DNA from: Candidatus Krumholzibacteriota bacterium
GTDB lineage: Bacteria; Krumholzibacteriota; Krumholzibacteriia; JAJRXK01
NCBI GenBank assembly: GCA_963727455.1
Contig: CAVSGG010000002.1
Location: 1-43,075 of the forward strand
Direction of reading: 5' to 3'
Length of the DNA stretch: 43,075 nucleotides
Part shown: one piece after another, positions 27,900-37,840 of the stretch
How the letters are laid out: every line of letters begins with the position of its first letter
Numbering within the stretch: the stretch's first letter is position 1
Position numbers and translations under genes: made by a program
Notes under the pieces: generated by a model
What the model was told of the DNA's origin: nothing
The model's database searches: none
Seen by the model: only the letters and a program-made list of their open reading frames with translations

Positions 27900-29919
27900 A
27901 TTCCGGTCGCCGACGTCCCAGCGAGCTGAGACCTTCATAGGCGTCCTCGCTGGCGAAGATCTCCTTCAGGTGGGCCAGCTCCTCCTTCAGGCCGGCCTGA
28001 AGCCCTGCCTCTTCTCCTCGTGCAATGGCGGCGTCGACCACGCGGCAGGCGAGCGGCGCCTTGCGCGCCACTCTGGCCGCGGCCTTTGCCACCGCGGGAT
28101 CCTCGGCCTGCGCTTGGCCCGTGAGCAGAGCGTCGAGTTCGGCCGCGCCGAAGAAATCGCGCAGCGCCTTCAGGCGCAGTGGCAACTCGGCCTTCGCCTT
28201 CGAGTTTGGCAGGGCGGACTTCCCCGCCGTGTGTAGGGCTTTGATCCGCGAAGAGAGCTGTTCGACGGGAACGATCTCGTCCACCAATCCCATGGCCAGC
28301 GCGCTCTGAGCGTCCACGCTGTCGCCGGTGAGCAGCAGATAGCGCGTCATCTGGGATCCGATACGGCGTCGCGTGCGCTGCGTTCCGCCCAGGCCGGGGT
28401 AGATGCCGATGCCGGTCTCGGGGAAGCCCATGCTGCCCTTGTCGGTGGCCAGGATCCAGTCGGCGCACAGCGCGAGCTCGCTGCCGCCGCCCAGGCTGAG
28501 TCCGTCCAGGCGCGCGATGACGAGCTTTTCGCTCTCGTCGATGCGCCGGTACAGTTCCTGACCCTCTTCGGTAAACTCCTGAATCCTCTGGAAGTCCTTC
28601 GCTTCGATTCGCTTCACGAAGTAGCGAATGTCGGCTCCGGCCACGAAGGCCTTGCCCGCGCCGCGCAGGACGATGGTGGACACCTCGTCGCGGTGTTCCA
28701 TTTCGTCGAACTTCGCCGCAAGTTGGGCGAAGACTTCCTCATTGAGTGCATTGAGCGCGTCGGGACGATTCAGGGTGATTTCGGCCAGCCCATCCTCGAC
28801 CTTGGCCTTCACCAATTCGAAGGCGAAGGGACCCTTGGCCTGTTCCAAGAGAGGGGGCATCTTCAGATCGGGATAGCGCGCGACCTGCGCTTCGACGCGT
28901 GCGCGTGCCCGCTCGATACCGTCGCGGTTGATGAGTTGGAAGGGCCCCTCGCTCCAGCGCAGACCTACCCGCGCGCCGATGTCGCAGTCCTCGATGCTGC
29001 ACACCCCTTCGCCCACCATCGCACAGGCGATCTGGAAACTGACCCCCAGGAGCCGATCGGCCACTGCCTCGAACTTCGACTCGTCGACTTCTCCCTCCAA
29101 ATCCCAGTTCTCACCGCGCTCACCTTTCTCGGCGAGCAGGGGGGCGGGCTCGTAGAAGGGACCGAGTTCTCTTCCCAAGGTGGTGGCTGCGTGCCACGCG
29201 ATGGGCACGCCGGTGACGTTCATCAACTCGAAGGGTCCCATCCCGATGCGGAAGGCTTTCTTGGCAGCGGCTTCGATCGTGGCCAGGGGCGCAATCTTCT
29301 CCTCGAGCAGTCGCACTGCCTCGTTGAGCCAGGGGACGAAGTAGCGATTGACCACAAAACCGGGGCGATCCGCGGAGTGAATGGGCGTCTTCCCCACCAT
29401 CTCGGCGAAGGTCCAGGCCCAGCTTCTCGTGAGCTCGTTCGTACCCTCATGGGGAATGACCTCCACGAGGCGGTTCTTGGCTGGGTGGTAGAAAAAGTGC
29501 ATTCCGACCACGCGGTCCGGCCGCTTGGTGACGGCTGCGAGATCCTTCACGTAGAAGGAGGAAGTGTTCGTGGCCAGGCGGGTCGAGGGAGAGCAGATCT
29601 CATCCAATTGCGCGAAGAGCTTGCGTTTCAGTTCGAGCTCTTCAAACACGGCTTCGATCACCAGCTCGCAGCGCGAGCAGTCCTCCAGCCGGCAGCTTGG
29701 GTGGATACGGCTCAGGATGCGGGCGACCTCCTCCGCGCGGAAAATGCGGCGCTCCACTGCCTCGCCGAGCAAAGCCCGGATGCGTTCCATTCCCCGGTCC
29801 ACCGCCGCCTGGTCCAGATCGACCAAAACCACCTCACACCCCTCTGTGGCCAGTTTTTGGGCGATCCCACTGCCCATGTTGCCCGCGCCGATGACTCCGA
29901 AGCTCCCTTGCTGCTCCAT
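27886..29919 (-). CDS. Fused 3-hydroxyacyl-CoA dehydrogenase (N-terminal) / enoyl-CoA hydratase (C-terminal)
   Basis: GVIGAGNMGSGIA, EAVFEE, TNTSS, GMHFFYHP, PGFVVNR; then ITLNRPDALNALN, AFVAGADI, GGGSEL, FPETGIGIYPGLGGTQR. 14-bp convergent overlap with the A2M gene. Confidence 0.93.
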   Translation of the reverse strand: MEQQGSFGVIGAGNMGSGIAQKLATEGCEVVLVDLDQAAVDRGMERIRALLGEAVERRIFRAEEVARILSRIHPSCRLEDCSRCELVIEAVFEELELKRKLFAQLDEICSPSTRLATNTSSFYVKDLAAVTKRPDRVVGMHFFYHPAKNRLVEVIPHEGTNELTRSWAWTFAEMVGKTPIHSADRPGFVVNRYFVPWLNEAVRLLEEKIAPLATIEAAAKKAFRIGMGPFELMNVTGVPIAWHAATTLGRELGPFYEPAPLLAEKGERGENWDLEGEVDESKFEAVADRLLGVSFQIACAMVGEGVCSIEDCDIGARVGLRWSEGPFQLINRDGIERARARVEAQVARYPDLKMPPLLEQAKGPFAFELVKAKVEDGLAEITLNRPDALNALNEEVFAQLAAKFDEMEHRDEVSTIVLRGAGKAFVAGADIRYFVKRIEAKDFQRIQEFTEEGQELYRRIDESEKLVIARLDGLSLGGGSELALCADWILATDKGSMGFPETGIGIYPGLGGTQRTRRRIGSQMTRYLLLTGDSVDAQSALAMGLVDEIVPVEQLSSRIKALHTAGKSALPNSKAKAELPLRLKALRDFFGAAELDALLTGQAQAEDPAVAKAAARVARKAPLACRVVDAAIARGEEAGLQAGLKEELAHLKEIFASEDAYEGLSSLGRRRPEFKGR

Positions 29920-30050
29920 ACCGGACTTCCCCTCGAAGGACTTGAAACTATAACTAGTTGATTTTTAAGGAACTATGAGACCTGCCCGTTCCTTGCCTCG
30001 CATCATTGAATACTGCATAGCGGGAGATGGGGCCAGGGGAATTCCTTCAC

Positions 30051-30080
30051 TTGAATCCTCACGGAGAATTGCGGTATACT
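30051..30080 (+). promoter_or_regulatory. Sigma70-like promoter for the large surface protein
   Basis: TTGAAT (30051-30056)-18 nt-TATACT (30075-30080). Confidence 0.55.
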
Positions 30081-30086
30081 TCTCCC

Positions 30087-30402
30087 GGCGACTCAGCAGC
30101 TTCGTCCCAACCGTGATCTCGGGTGGGGCGATTACGGTCAAATGGAACGGGATGTATGTTTTTCCCTGAAATGTCGTTCCACCACTCTTTCAGGCCGGAT
30201 CCTTACTCGACGCTGGAGAAAAGCGCTTCATTTCGGAAGAGCTAGTCTCCAATCCCGCACCTGAATCCCGCGGTCTGTGATCGCGGAATGTGGGCCCATT
30301 GGCCGTGCTTCTCATCGTGGGGTGTCGTGCTCGCATCATGACGCTTTCACTCAGTTTGAAATCCAGACCGTCGTTGAGAAATCAACGTGGGAGGGACCAA
30401 GC
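30087..30402 (+). promoter_or_regulatory. Long structured 5' leader
   Basis: Stems 30110-30118/30130-30138, 30143-30149/30175-30181, 30214-30251, 30268-30275/30279-30286, and CGTTGA-GAAA-TCAACG (30372-30387, GNRA loop) immediately before SD GGGAGGGA. Confidence 0.5.
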
Positions 30403-33400
30403 ATGAAGAGAATCAGTATTCTCGCGTTGTGCCTATTCCTCGCCGTGGTTGGTGTAAGCGCAGCTTTCGCCAACAACGGGGGGGACGAAGGGCCGCTGAA
30501 GATGGCGGCTGATGGCAAGCAGATTCATCAAGTTTTTACGGGTGTCAATAACGGCATGATGAAGGCCGGCACCGACACCTTCTATCTCTATGGAGGCCCG
30601 TCCTCCTTTACGGACGCCAACGTCCATCCAACCCCGGCTAATGCCCCCGAGAATCTGGGTCCTTGGCCGCTGGGAATGTTCTCGCAGTACACTTCTGCTC
30701 TTGCCCCTGGAACTCTCCAGGTGCAGGGATGGACTTCGGAAGACTTGACCAGGCCGATTGTGCACTGGCACGGTTCGACCATTTGGGCCGATGCCACGGC
30801 TGGCGGCGTAGCTGCCGATAGTCTCTTCACCGGTACCGGGAGCAACCAAGTAGTCGCTTCCCATCACCAGAAGGTGCCCGGGTCTAATGACTACTCCGGT
30901 TACGGGAACCTGTGGAAGGACTGGCTCGTCTTCCAGTATGACATGTCGAATGCTAATCCTGTCGTCACCTGGAACCCTGGCGACCCGGTCAACGTGAAGC
31001 TCACGGCCGAGTACAAGTGCGACCTCGAGCACTGCTGCGACTACCTGATGTTCGAGTATGAGTGGGCTGGGAATGATGTGGACGCCGGGTGGCACAGCGT
31101 TGCCGATTTGGACGTTTCGACCTTTGGCGATGACCCCAACAACCCGGGGACCGACATCTACAAGGCCAGGCTCTTCGACTCAGAAGATCCGAACCACGAT
31201 GGTGCGGCCGGCGCCATCACCTACCCCAGTGGTAGGCTTCTCGGCGGCACCAATATCAGCCTGCGTATCCAGGTGTTCTCCGACAGTGGTTGGTCGGATG
31301 AAGACGGTCGCCCCTCCGGCGGTGGGACCTATCCCCGCGGTGGTGCCTTCGTCGATAACATCCATGTTTATGTGGATGCGAATGGCAGCGGATTTACCCA
31401 GGTCAGCTTCGCTGATTGGGAAGGTGCCACGATCACGGATCAGGCAGAAGGTACCATTCTCGGACTGAACAATGGTGGTTATCCTGGGAAGGGTGGCCAA
31501 GAGGGTACCGCTGGTTGGACGCCGGAATCTGCCAGCTATTGCGGTGACTTCTCGCATGTCATTCCTTCGTTCATCGAGGGTGACATCGACGTCTGCCGTG
31601 AGAACAACACCCCGATGTTGTCATTCATCAATACTGGCACGCAGGTGGCCGGTGTGGGTCCGTCCGTCCAGTCCTCGGGTACTCCTTATGGTTTGCCTCC
31701 GGACTACTACGTGTTTGAGTATCAGGGCGGACTCTTGGCTCCGGGTATCGACGCTGTCTACAACAAGTTCGAGTCGCCGGTCATCAGAGTCAATCCTGCT
31801 GGCAGTACGGCCACGAACGGTGGGTTCTGGATGGGTTTCACGATCTGGTCGGATCTGCCCCCCGTTCCGAACTTCATCATGTGGCGCTGGAGTGTCCGTA
31901 GCCATACTCAGGCTGGCGGTTGGACCCCATGGAACGACTGCACGTACCATTACTATGGTGCGAGCGTTACCTGGAGTAACCAAATCTATAGCATCACGGA
32001 CAAGATCGTGTCGGGTGCCGACAGTATGCAGGTGGCCTTCATGGGCCGCGATGCTTCGCTTGCGTTTACCGGCTCACCCAGCCCGAACGCCACGGCGGCT
32101 CCTGAATTCGATAACGTGTGGGTGAAGAGGTTCGAGATTGGTGGACCGAGTATCTCCGTTCCGGCCAACAGCCTCTTCAACGACAGCTTCCCGCCCGACG
32201 GTACGACCACTTCGGCCGTCCGCATGGACCCCGGTGCCAACATTGGTGGTACTGGTTCCACGACGACCGTTTATGTCCCGCAGGACTCGTTGGCCGTCGA
32301 GGTGAAGCCCATTATCGCGGGGACCAGCCTGGTGGACTTCGGTCAGATGTACGTCGCTCACATGGCGAACCCGGCGTATGCTTGGAATACCACGGTTCGT
32401 CCGGGTATCAACGATATCTTGTCCGTGAGCGATGCGGGTACAGCGAGCAGCCTAGCGGCGGCTGCTGCCGACCTGGCTCACCCGACCTGGCACGTTTACA
32501 CCTACTATGTGAACGGTCAGCAGTGCACCCTGAACGGTTCACCGGTCGCGGATAACTACTACTTCGATCTACCTGATGGGCCGGTCGACAACTACCATGG
32601 TACGAGTGAAAACGCGCTGGTCTTCCCCGGCGACGTTCTGCACTACTACCTGGAGTTCGACGATAATGCCTCTGGCTGGAGCACAGCGCCTGGCGCTGTT
32701 GTTGTCAGTGGTCAGGGTGGTGCCCCCGTCAGTTCCTTCACTGACTTCAGCTACCAGAGCACCTGGAGCCGTCAGTGGAGCATGCGTGCACTGCCGTCGA
32801 ATGATGGCGGTAGCACTCAGCCGGGGGTGTTGTGGTGGAATGACGTGGACTCTCGCGGCAATGACAACGAGATCGTTCAGGCCTTTGCGCAGAACGGAAT
32901 GTTGGAAGGCCGTGACTATGACACGTATGTGACGAAGGGTGCATCCTCTGGGATGGGGAATGGCCTGGGCTCCAATGGTGAGCACGGGGCAACCGCGGGT
33001 CAGTTGTCAGGGTATGACTGCCTGTTCTACACCATGCAGACCCTCCGGGAGCCGGCTTTGAGTAACGGCCAGAAGGGTACGGACGGGAACGACTGGAGCG
33101 ACGACGTCGGACTGCTCACGCTTTGGCATGATCAGGATGCCGATCGCCACGCCGCGTTCTTCGGTGAGAACTTCGCAGATGCCATGCACAACCAGGCGGC
33201 GACCGATCCGGCTACGGAGACGTTCATGTCGAGCTACCTGGGCGTGCAGTGGGTCAACGATGACCTGAACTTCAGCCACAATCTGGATGATCAGGTGGCT
33301 TCGGTCGTCGTGCCGACTGGCAACGGCAACTCTGCCGGTAAGTTTGTGACCTCGTACAGCCCCTACGGTGGCTGTCTTGTGATCAACGACTGGGATCAGA

Positions 33401-33966
33401 TCCAGGCGGTCGGTGGCGCTGTCGTGGCTCACGTCTTTACGGATCCGAGTGGCGCTCCCTACACGACGCCTCGCGTCGCGAGCGTCTACTACGACCGTCT
33501 GGACGGCACTGCCACCTATCGTAAGGTTGACGTCACCTTCCCGTACGATCCTCTGTACATTCGTGACGAGTTCACGAATCCGCAGAATTCGGGTCCGATC
33601 ACCGCTCGGGGTTTCCTGTTCGGTGAGCTCCTGAGCGCGTTCGATTGTACGGTTGGAACTCCTGCGGTTGGCACCAGCGCGCTTCCCAAGAAGCTCGTCG
33701 TCAGCCAGAACTACCCGAACCCCTTCAACCCAAGCACGACCATCAAGTACTCGATGCCGGTCCGCGGACAGGTCAGCATCAAGGTGTACAACTTGCGTGG
33801 GTCACTGGTCACGACTCTGGTCGACGGCATCCAGGATGCTGGCGAGCACAACGTGATCTGGAGTGGTAAGGACAACCGCGGTGCTTCCGTATCCACCGGT
33901 ATTTACCTGTACAAGGTGAAGACCCTGGATTCGGAGATCGTGAAGAAGATGGCTCTGATCAAGTAA
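30403..33966 (+). CDS. Large secreted protein with C-terminal T9SS-type-A/FlgD-Ig-like domain; candidate major surface protein
   Basis: Signal peptide MKRISILALCLFLAVVGVSAAFA; beta-rich, G/T/S/D/N-rich body (DLEHCCDY, FSDSGWSDEDG); C-terminus QNYPNPFNPSTTIKY..VYNLRGSLV..WSGKDNRG..STGIY..KKMALIK. No catalytic motif recognised. Confidence 0.88.
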   Translation: MKRISILALCLFLAVVGVSAAFANNGGDEGPLKMAADGKQIHQVFTGVNNGMMKAGTDTFYLYGGPSSFTDANVHPTPANAPENLGPWPLGMFSQYTSALAPGTLQVQGWTSEDLTRPIVHWHGSTIWADATAGGVAADSLFTGTGSNQVVASHHQKVPGSNDYSGYGNLWKDWLVFQYDMSNANPVVTWNPGDPVNVKLTAEYKCDLEHCCDYLMFEYEWAGNDVDAGWHSVADLDVSTFGDDPNNPGTDIYKARLFDSEDPNHDGAAGAITYPSGRLLGGTNISLRIQVFSDSGWSDEDGRPSGGGTYPRGGAFVDNIHVYVDANGSGFTQVSFADWEGATITDQAEGTILGLNNGGYPGKGGQEGTAGWTPESASYCGDFSHVIPSFIEGDIDVCRENNTPMLSFINTGTQVAGVGPSVQSSGTPYGLPPDYYVFEYQGGLLAPGIDAVYNKFESPVIRVNPAGSTATNGGFWMGFTIWSDLPPVPNFIMWRWSVRSHTQAGGWTPWNDCTYHYYGASVTWSNQIYSITDKIVSGADSMQVAFMGRDASLAFTGSPSPNATAAPEFDNVWVKRFEIGGPSISVPANSLFNDSFPPDGTTTSAVRMDPGANIGGTGSTTTVYVPQDSLAVEVKPIIAGTSLVDFGQMYVAHMANPAYAWNTTVRPGINDILSVSDAGTASSLAAAAADLAHPTWHVYTYYVNGQQCTLNGSPVADNYYFDLPDGPVDNYHGTSENALVFPGDVLHYYLEFDDNASGWSTAPGAVVVSGQGGAPVSSFTDFSYQSTWSRQWSMRALPSNDGGSTQPGVLWWNDVDSRGNDNEIVQAFAQNGMLEGRDYDTYVTKGASSGMGNGLGSNGEHGATAGQLSGYDCLFYTMQTLREPALSNGQKGTDGNDWSDDVGLLTLWHDQDADRHAAFFGENFADAMHNQAATDPATETFMSSYLGVQWVNDDLNFSHNLDDQVASVVVPTGNGNSAGKFVTSYSPYGGCLVINDWDQIQAVGGAVVAHVFTDPSGAPYTTPRVASVYYDRLDGTATYRKVDVTFPYDPLYIRDEFTNPQNSGPITARGFLFGELLSAFDCTVGTPAVGTSALPKKLVVSQNYPNPFNPSTTIKYSMPVRGQVSIKVYNLRGSLVTTLVDGIQDAGEHNVIWSGKDNRGASVSTGIYLYKVKTLDSEIVKKMALIK

Positions 33967-33987
33967 ATCAGACCCACTTCGGTTTGG

Positions 33988-34024
33988 AGGCCGGCCGGGC
34001 TATGCCCGGCCGGCCTTTTCTTTT
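33988..34024 (+). terminator. Strong intrinsic terminator
   Basis: aggccggccgggc-tat-gcccggccggcct (13 bp perfect) followed by TTTCTTTT. Confidence 0.9.
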
Positions 34025-34085
34025 GTCCAGCTGAGGTGCACACTCTTCGTGCCAGTTTCTCACAACCTGGATGGAGTCACACTCG

Positions 34086-35531
34086 ATGGACAAGGACGAG
34101 TACTTGGGAGATTTTCCCCCCGAAGAACTCACCAGGCATCTTCAAGCCACGGCGGAGTGGATTGGAGACTATTTCGCGAAGATCGAAGAGCAGGATGTCT
34201 TTCCGCGGATTGAGCCCGGTGCCTTCACGCACCAACTCCCTGCCAGGCCACCTGCCGAGCCCGAAGACATGGAGCGAATTCTCGACGATTTCGCGCGCCT
34301 GGTTCCGCCCGCTACCACGCACTGGAACCATCCGAATTTCCATGCCTGGTTCGCCAACACAGGCAGTGCGCCGGGGATCGTGGCAGAAACTCTCTCCGCC
34401 GCGCTCAACAACAACGCAATGGTGTGGAGGAGCGGCCCGGCTTCGACCGAAATGGAGATCGTGGTATGCGATTGGCTGCGTCAGATTCTTGGTCTGCCGG
34501 ACGGCCTCTTTGGCATGATTCACGACACAGCAAGCGTGGCCATCATTGCCGCCCTTGCGGCGGCACGGCATCGCGTCACAGACGGCGAGGTGCGCGAACG
34601 AGGATTGCGTGGGCTTCCCCCGCTGCGCGTCTATGCAAGCGAGGAGGCGCACTCGTCGGTGGAGCGTGCGGCCATCGTCTTGGGACTGGGAAGCGGAAAC
34701 GTCGTCAAGATCGCGGCCGACCGCGAGTTTCGCATGATTCCAGAAGCCCTAAAGAAAGCGATCACCGAGGACGAGCAGGCGGGCTCTCTGCCCATGGCGG
34801 TGGTCGCCACCGTGGGGACCACGGGGACGACCAGTATCGATCCTGTCGCCAAGATCGCCCCGCTGTGCAAAGAGCGGAAACTGTGGCTGCATGTCGACGC
34901 GGCCTATGGAGGCGCAATGGCCGCGGTCGCGAAATATCGCTGGGTGCTCGACGGGTGCGAGCACGCGGATTCTCTAGTGGTAAACCCGCACAAATGGCTC
35001 TTCGTGCCCATGGATTGCAGCGTCCTCTTCTGCAAGGATGCGGAAGACCTCCGCAAGGCCTTCTCTCTGGTTCCATCGTATCTGGAGACTCCCGAAGACA
35101 AGATCGCCAGAAATCTCACTGACTACGGACCTGCAATGGGCCGCCGCTTTCGCGCCTTGAAACTATGGATGGTGATGCGAGCCTACGGAACCGGGGGCAT
35201 CGCCGCCCGCGTGAACTATCACCTCGAACTGGCGCGAGAACTCCAGGATTGGATCGTGAAGGCAAAGAACTGGGAGCAACTTGCCCCAGCACCCATGAGC
35301 ACGGTGCTCTTCCGCCACCATCCTGAAGAGCTGAGAAACGAAGCGGCGCTCGAAACTCACAATCGGTCGATCCTGGAGGAGATCAATCGCTCTGGGCAGG
35401 CCTTTCTCTCGCACACGATCGTGAGGGGATCGTTCGCATTGCGGTTGGCCATCGGAAACCTGCGCACCCAGCGGAAGCATCTTCTGCGCACCTGGCGGCT
35501 CATCCAAGACGTGGCAAGCCGCACTCCATGA
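34086..35531 (+). CDS. PLP-dependent group II decarboxylase (aromatic-L-amino-acid decarboxylase-like)
   Basis: THWNHPNFHAWF, YASEEAHSSVERA, VATVGTTGTTSIDP, WLHVDAAYGG, VNPHKWL (PLP Lys), PSYL loop Tyr, GRRFRALKLW. ATG 34086 after GGAG. Confidence 0.92.
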   Translation: MDKDEYLGDFPPEELTRHLQATAEWIGDYFAKIEEQDVFPRIEPGAFTHQLPARPPAEPEDMERILDDFARLVPPATTHWNHPNFHAWFANTGSAPGIVAETLSAALNNNAMVWRSGPASTEMEIVVCDWLRQILGLPDGLFGMIHDTASVAIIAALAAARHRVTDGEVRERGLRGLPPLRVYASEEAHSSVERAAIVLGLGSGNVVKIAADREFRMIPEALKKAITEDEQAGSLPMAVVATVGTTGTTSIDPVAKIAPLCKERKLWLHVDAAYGGAMAAVAKYRWVLDGCEHADSLVVNPHKWLFVPMDCSVLFCKDAEDLRKAFSLVPSYLETPEDKIARNLTDYGPAMGRRFRALKLWMVMRAYGTGGIAARVNYHLELARELQDWIVKAKNWEQLAPAPMSTVLFRHHPEELRNEAALETHNRSILEEINRSGQAFLSHTIVRGSFALRLAIGNLRTQRKHLLRTWRLIQDVASRTP

Positions 35532-35635
35532 AGACCTCGGTGGCGCTGCGCCTTCGGCCTTTGGGAACCCCGCGGAGAGTGATACCCTCGGCATTCACAG
35601 TTCAACACCGCCAAGTGGAAAGGAATGCGAGGGTC

Positions 35636-37723
35636 ATGCGAAAATTTACGCTTCGCAGCGCGTTGTGGATGGCATTCTTCCTATTGCTCGCTTCGGTGAG
35701 GCTCGGTCTCGCTGATCCCCTCACTCCCGAGCAAGTGGCAAAAACGAAGTTGGTGAGTGAGGTACAGGTCTCGCCGAGCGGCATTTGGGTGGCGTACACG
35801 GTCATCGTTCCGCGCGTTCCCTTTGCCGAAGAGGACGGCCCGGCCTGGGTCGAGCTGCATGTGCTCGATACGCGTGATGGAAGTACGCGTCCCTACCTGA
35901 GCGGTCATGTGAGAGTCTCACAGCCACAGTGGATCCTGGGCAGGCGCGAGATCGCGTTCCTCGCCAAGCGGGAGGGCGATGAAACAACCAGCCTCTATGC
36001 CATTCCGCTCGACGGTGGCGAGGCCCGCCGCATCCTCACGCACGACACTAACATTCGGTCTTACGCCTTCAGCGGCGATGCCTCGCGCGTGGCATTCTTG
36101 GCCGCGGACCCGAAGCCCAAGCGGCAAGATGAGCTGAAGAAGAACGGAATTGCGCCGGAGGTCTACGAGGAAGATCTGCGTTTCACGCACGTCTACGTGG
36201 CCGCATTCGATCCCGCAACGCAAACGGCTGGCGAAGCTAAAGAGCTGCCCTTGGCGGGGGACCTCTCACTCTTGCGCTTTAGCCCGGTGGACGAACGACT
36301 GGTCGTGGCAGTCGCGCCCACCCCCCTCATCGACGATCATTACATGAAACGTCGGATTCGCATCGTGGACGCGAAGACTGGCGAGACCCTGCAGAAAATC
36401 GAGAATCCGGGCAAGATCGGCGATCTAAGGTGGAGTCCGGACGGGAAGCATCTGGCCATGCTCCTCGCCAGCGACCTTCACGATCCTTCTCCGGGACGCT
36501 TGATGCTCGCCGATGCGAGCGCAGGGGAGTTCCGCGATCTCCTTCCAGGACTGTTCGATACGGGCGAAGTCAATTCGATCGCCTGGAAGAGCACGCACGA
36601 AATTCTCTACCTCGCCTCCAAAGGCGTGTGGACGCAGCTGGGGGAAGTCGGCCTGGACGGGAAATCAAGGGTCCTCGTCGATGTGGGCGGGCCGATCCTG
36701 CACGGGATACAGGCTTCGAGCGACGGCAAGACGGTGGCCTTCACGGGGGATTCTCCCACCTTTCCGCGCGAACTCTTTCTCATGGATCGCGGACACAAGA
36801 AGCCCGCCCGCATGAGCGATTCCAACCCCTGGCTCAGGGAAGTCGATCTGGCTCACCAGGAAGTGGTGCACTACGCCGCGCGCGACAGCCAGCAGATCCA
36901 GGGAGTACTCATTCATCCGCTGCACGAAAAAGCGGGGCAGCGCTATCCGCTCGTCCTCTACGTCCACGGGGGGCCCGAATCGCACCATTCGAACGGATGG
37001 GTGACACGATACGTGAACCCTGGTCAGGTGCTGGCCGGACGCGACATGGCGGTGCTCATGATCAATTACCGTGGTAGCACCGGATACGGAGTGCCCTTCT
37101 CGAAGGCGGATCACGGGGATTTTGCCGGCGCCGAGTTCAACGATCTCGTGGATGGGGTCGATCATTTCGTCGCGGCCGGATTGGTCGACAAGGATAGAGT
37201 GGGGGTGACCGGTGGCTCCTATGGAGGCTATGCCACCGCGTGGCTCTGCACACGTTATACGGACCACTTCGCGGCCGGAGTGATGTTCGCTGGAATCAGT
37301 GACAACATCTCCAAGTTCGGCACCAGTGACATTCCCGAGGAGATGTTCCTGGTGCACCAGCGCAAGCGCACCTTCGACGACTGGGATTTCTTCCTGGAAC
37401 GCAGCCCCATCTACTATGCGGGACAGGCTCACACGCCGCTTCTGATCGTGCACGGCAAGGACGACCCGCGCGTGAACGTGGGGCAGGCCCGTGAGCTGTA
37501 CCGCCACATCAAGACGCGCACCAAGACTCCGGTGCGTCTGGTTCTGTATCCCGGTGAGGGACACGGCAATAGAAAGTGCGCGGCGCGCTACGACTACAAC
37601 CTGAGAATGCTGCGCTGGCTCACGAGCTATCTGGGCAAGGGAGCGCGCTCCGAGCCGCCCACGCAAGTGGAGTACCCGCTCGAGCCGCAGCCCGCAACGG
37701 AAATGCAGGGCGCGCAGCAGTAG
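35636..37723 (+). CDS. Secreted S9-family (dipeptidyl/acylaminoacyl) peptidase
   Basis: Signal peptide MRKFTLRSALWMAFFLLLASVRLGLA; beta-propeller repeats (WSPDGK); VHGGPE, NYRGSTGYG, GGSYGG (Ser), HGKDDPRV (Asp), YPGEGHG (His). Confidence 0.93.
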   Translation: MRKFTLRSALWMAFFLLLASVRLGLADPLTPEQVAKTKLVSEVQVSPSGIWVAYTVIVPRVPFAEEDGPAWVELHVLDTRDGSTRPYLSGHVRVSQPQWILGRREIAFLAKREGDETTSLYAIPLDGGEARRILTHDTNIRSYAFSGDASRVAFLAADPKPKRQDELKKNGIAPEVYEEDLRFTHVYVAAFDPATQTAGEAKELPLAGDLSLLRFSPVDERLVVAVAPTPLIDDHYMKRRIRIVDAKTGETLQKIENPGKIGDLRWSPDGKHLAMLLASDLHDPSPGRLMLADASAGEFRDLLPGLFDTGEVNSIAWKSTHEILYLASKGVWTQLGEVGLDGKSRVLVDVGGPILHGIQASSDGKTVAFTGDSPTFPRELFLMDRGHKKPARMSDSNPWLREVDLAHQEVVHYAARDSQQIQGVLIHPLHEKAGQRYPLVLYVHGGPESHHSNGWVTRYVNPGQVLAGRDMAVLMINYRGSTGYGVPFSKADHGDFAGAEFNDLVDGVDHFVAAGLVDKDRVGVTGGSYGGYATAWLCTRYTDHFAAGVMFAGISDNISKFGTSDIPEEMFLVHQRKRTFDDWDFFLERSPIYYAGQAHTPLLIVHGKDDPRVNVGQARELYRHIKTRTKTPVRLVLYPGEGHGNRKCAARYDYNLRMLRWLTSYLGKGARSEPPTQVEYPLEPQPATEMQGAQQ

Positions 37724-37840
37724 CTTTGAAGCACGCGGAAGCCTGAAATCTTGAACCCGGGCAGGGATCGTCTTACTCTGCTCGGGTTCTCCGTGAACGT
37801 TCGATGATCTCCTTTCCTCCAACCACTCTGGGAGCTGAAG

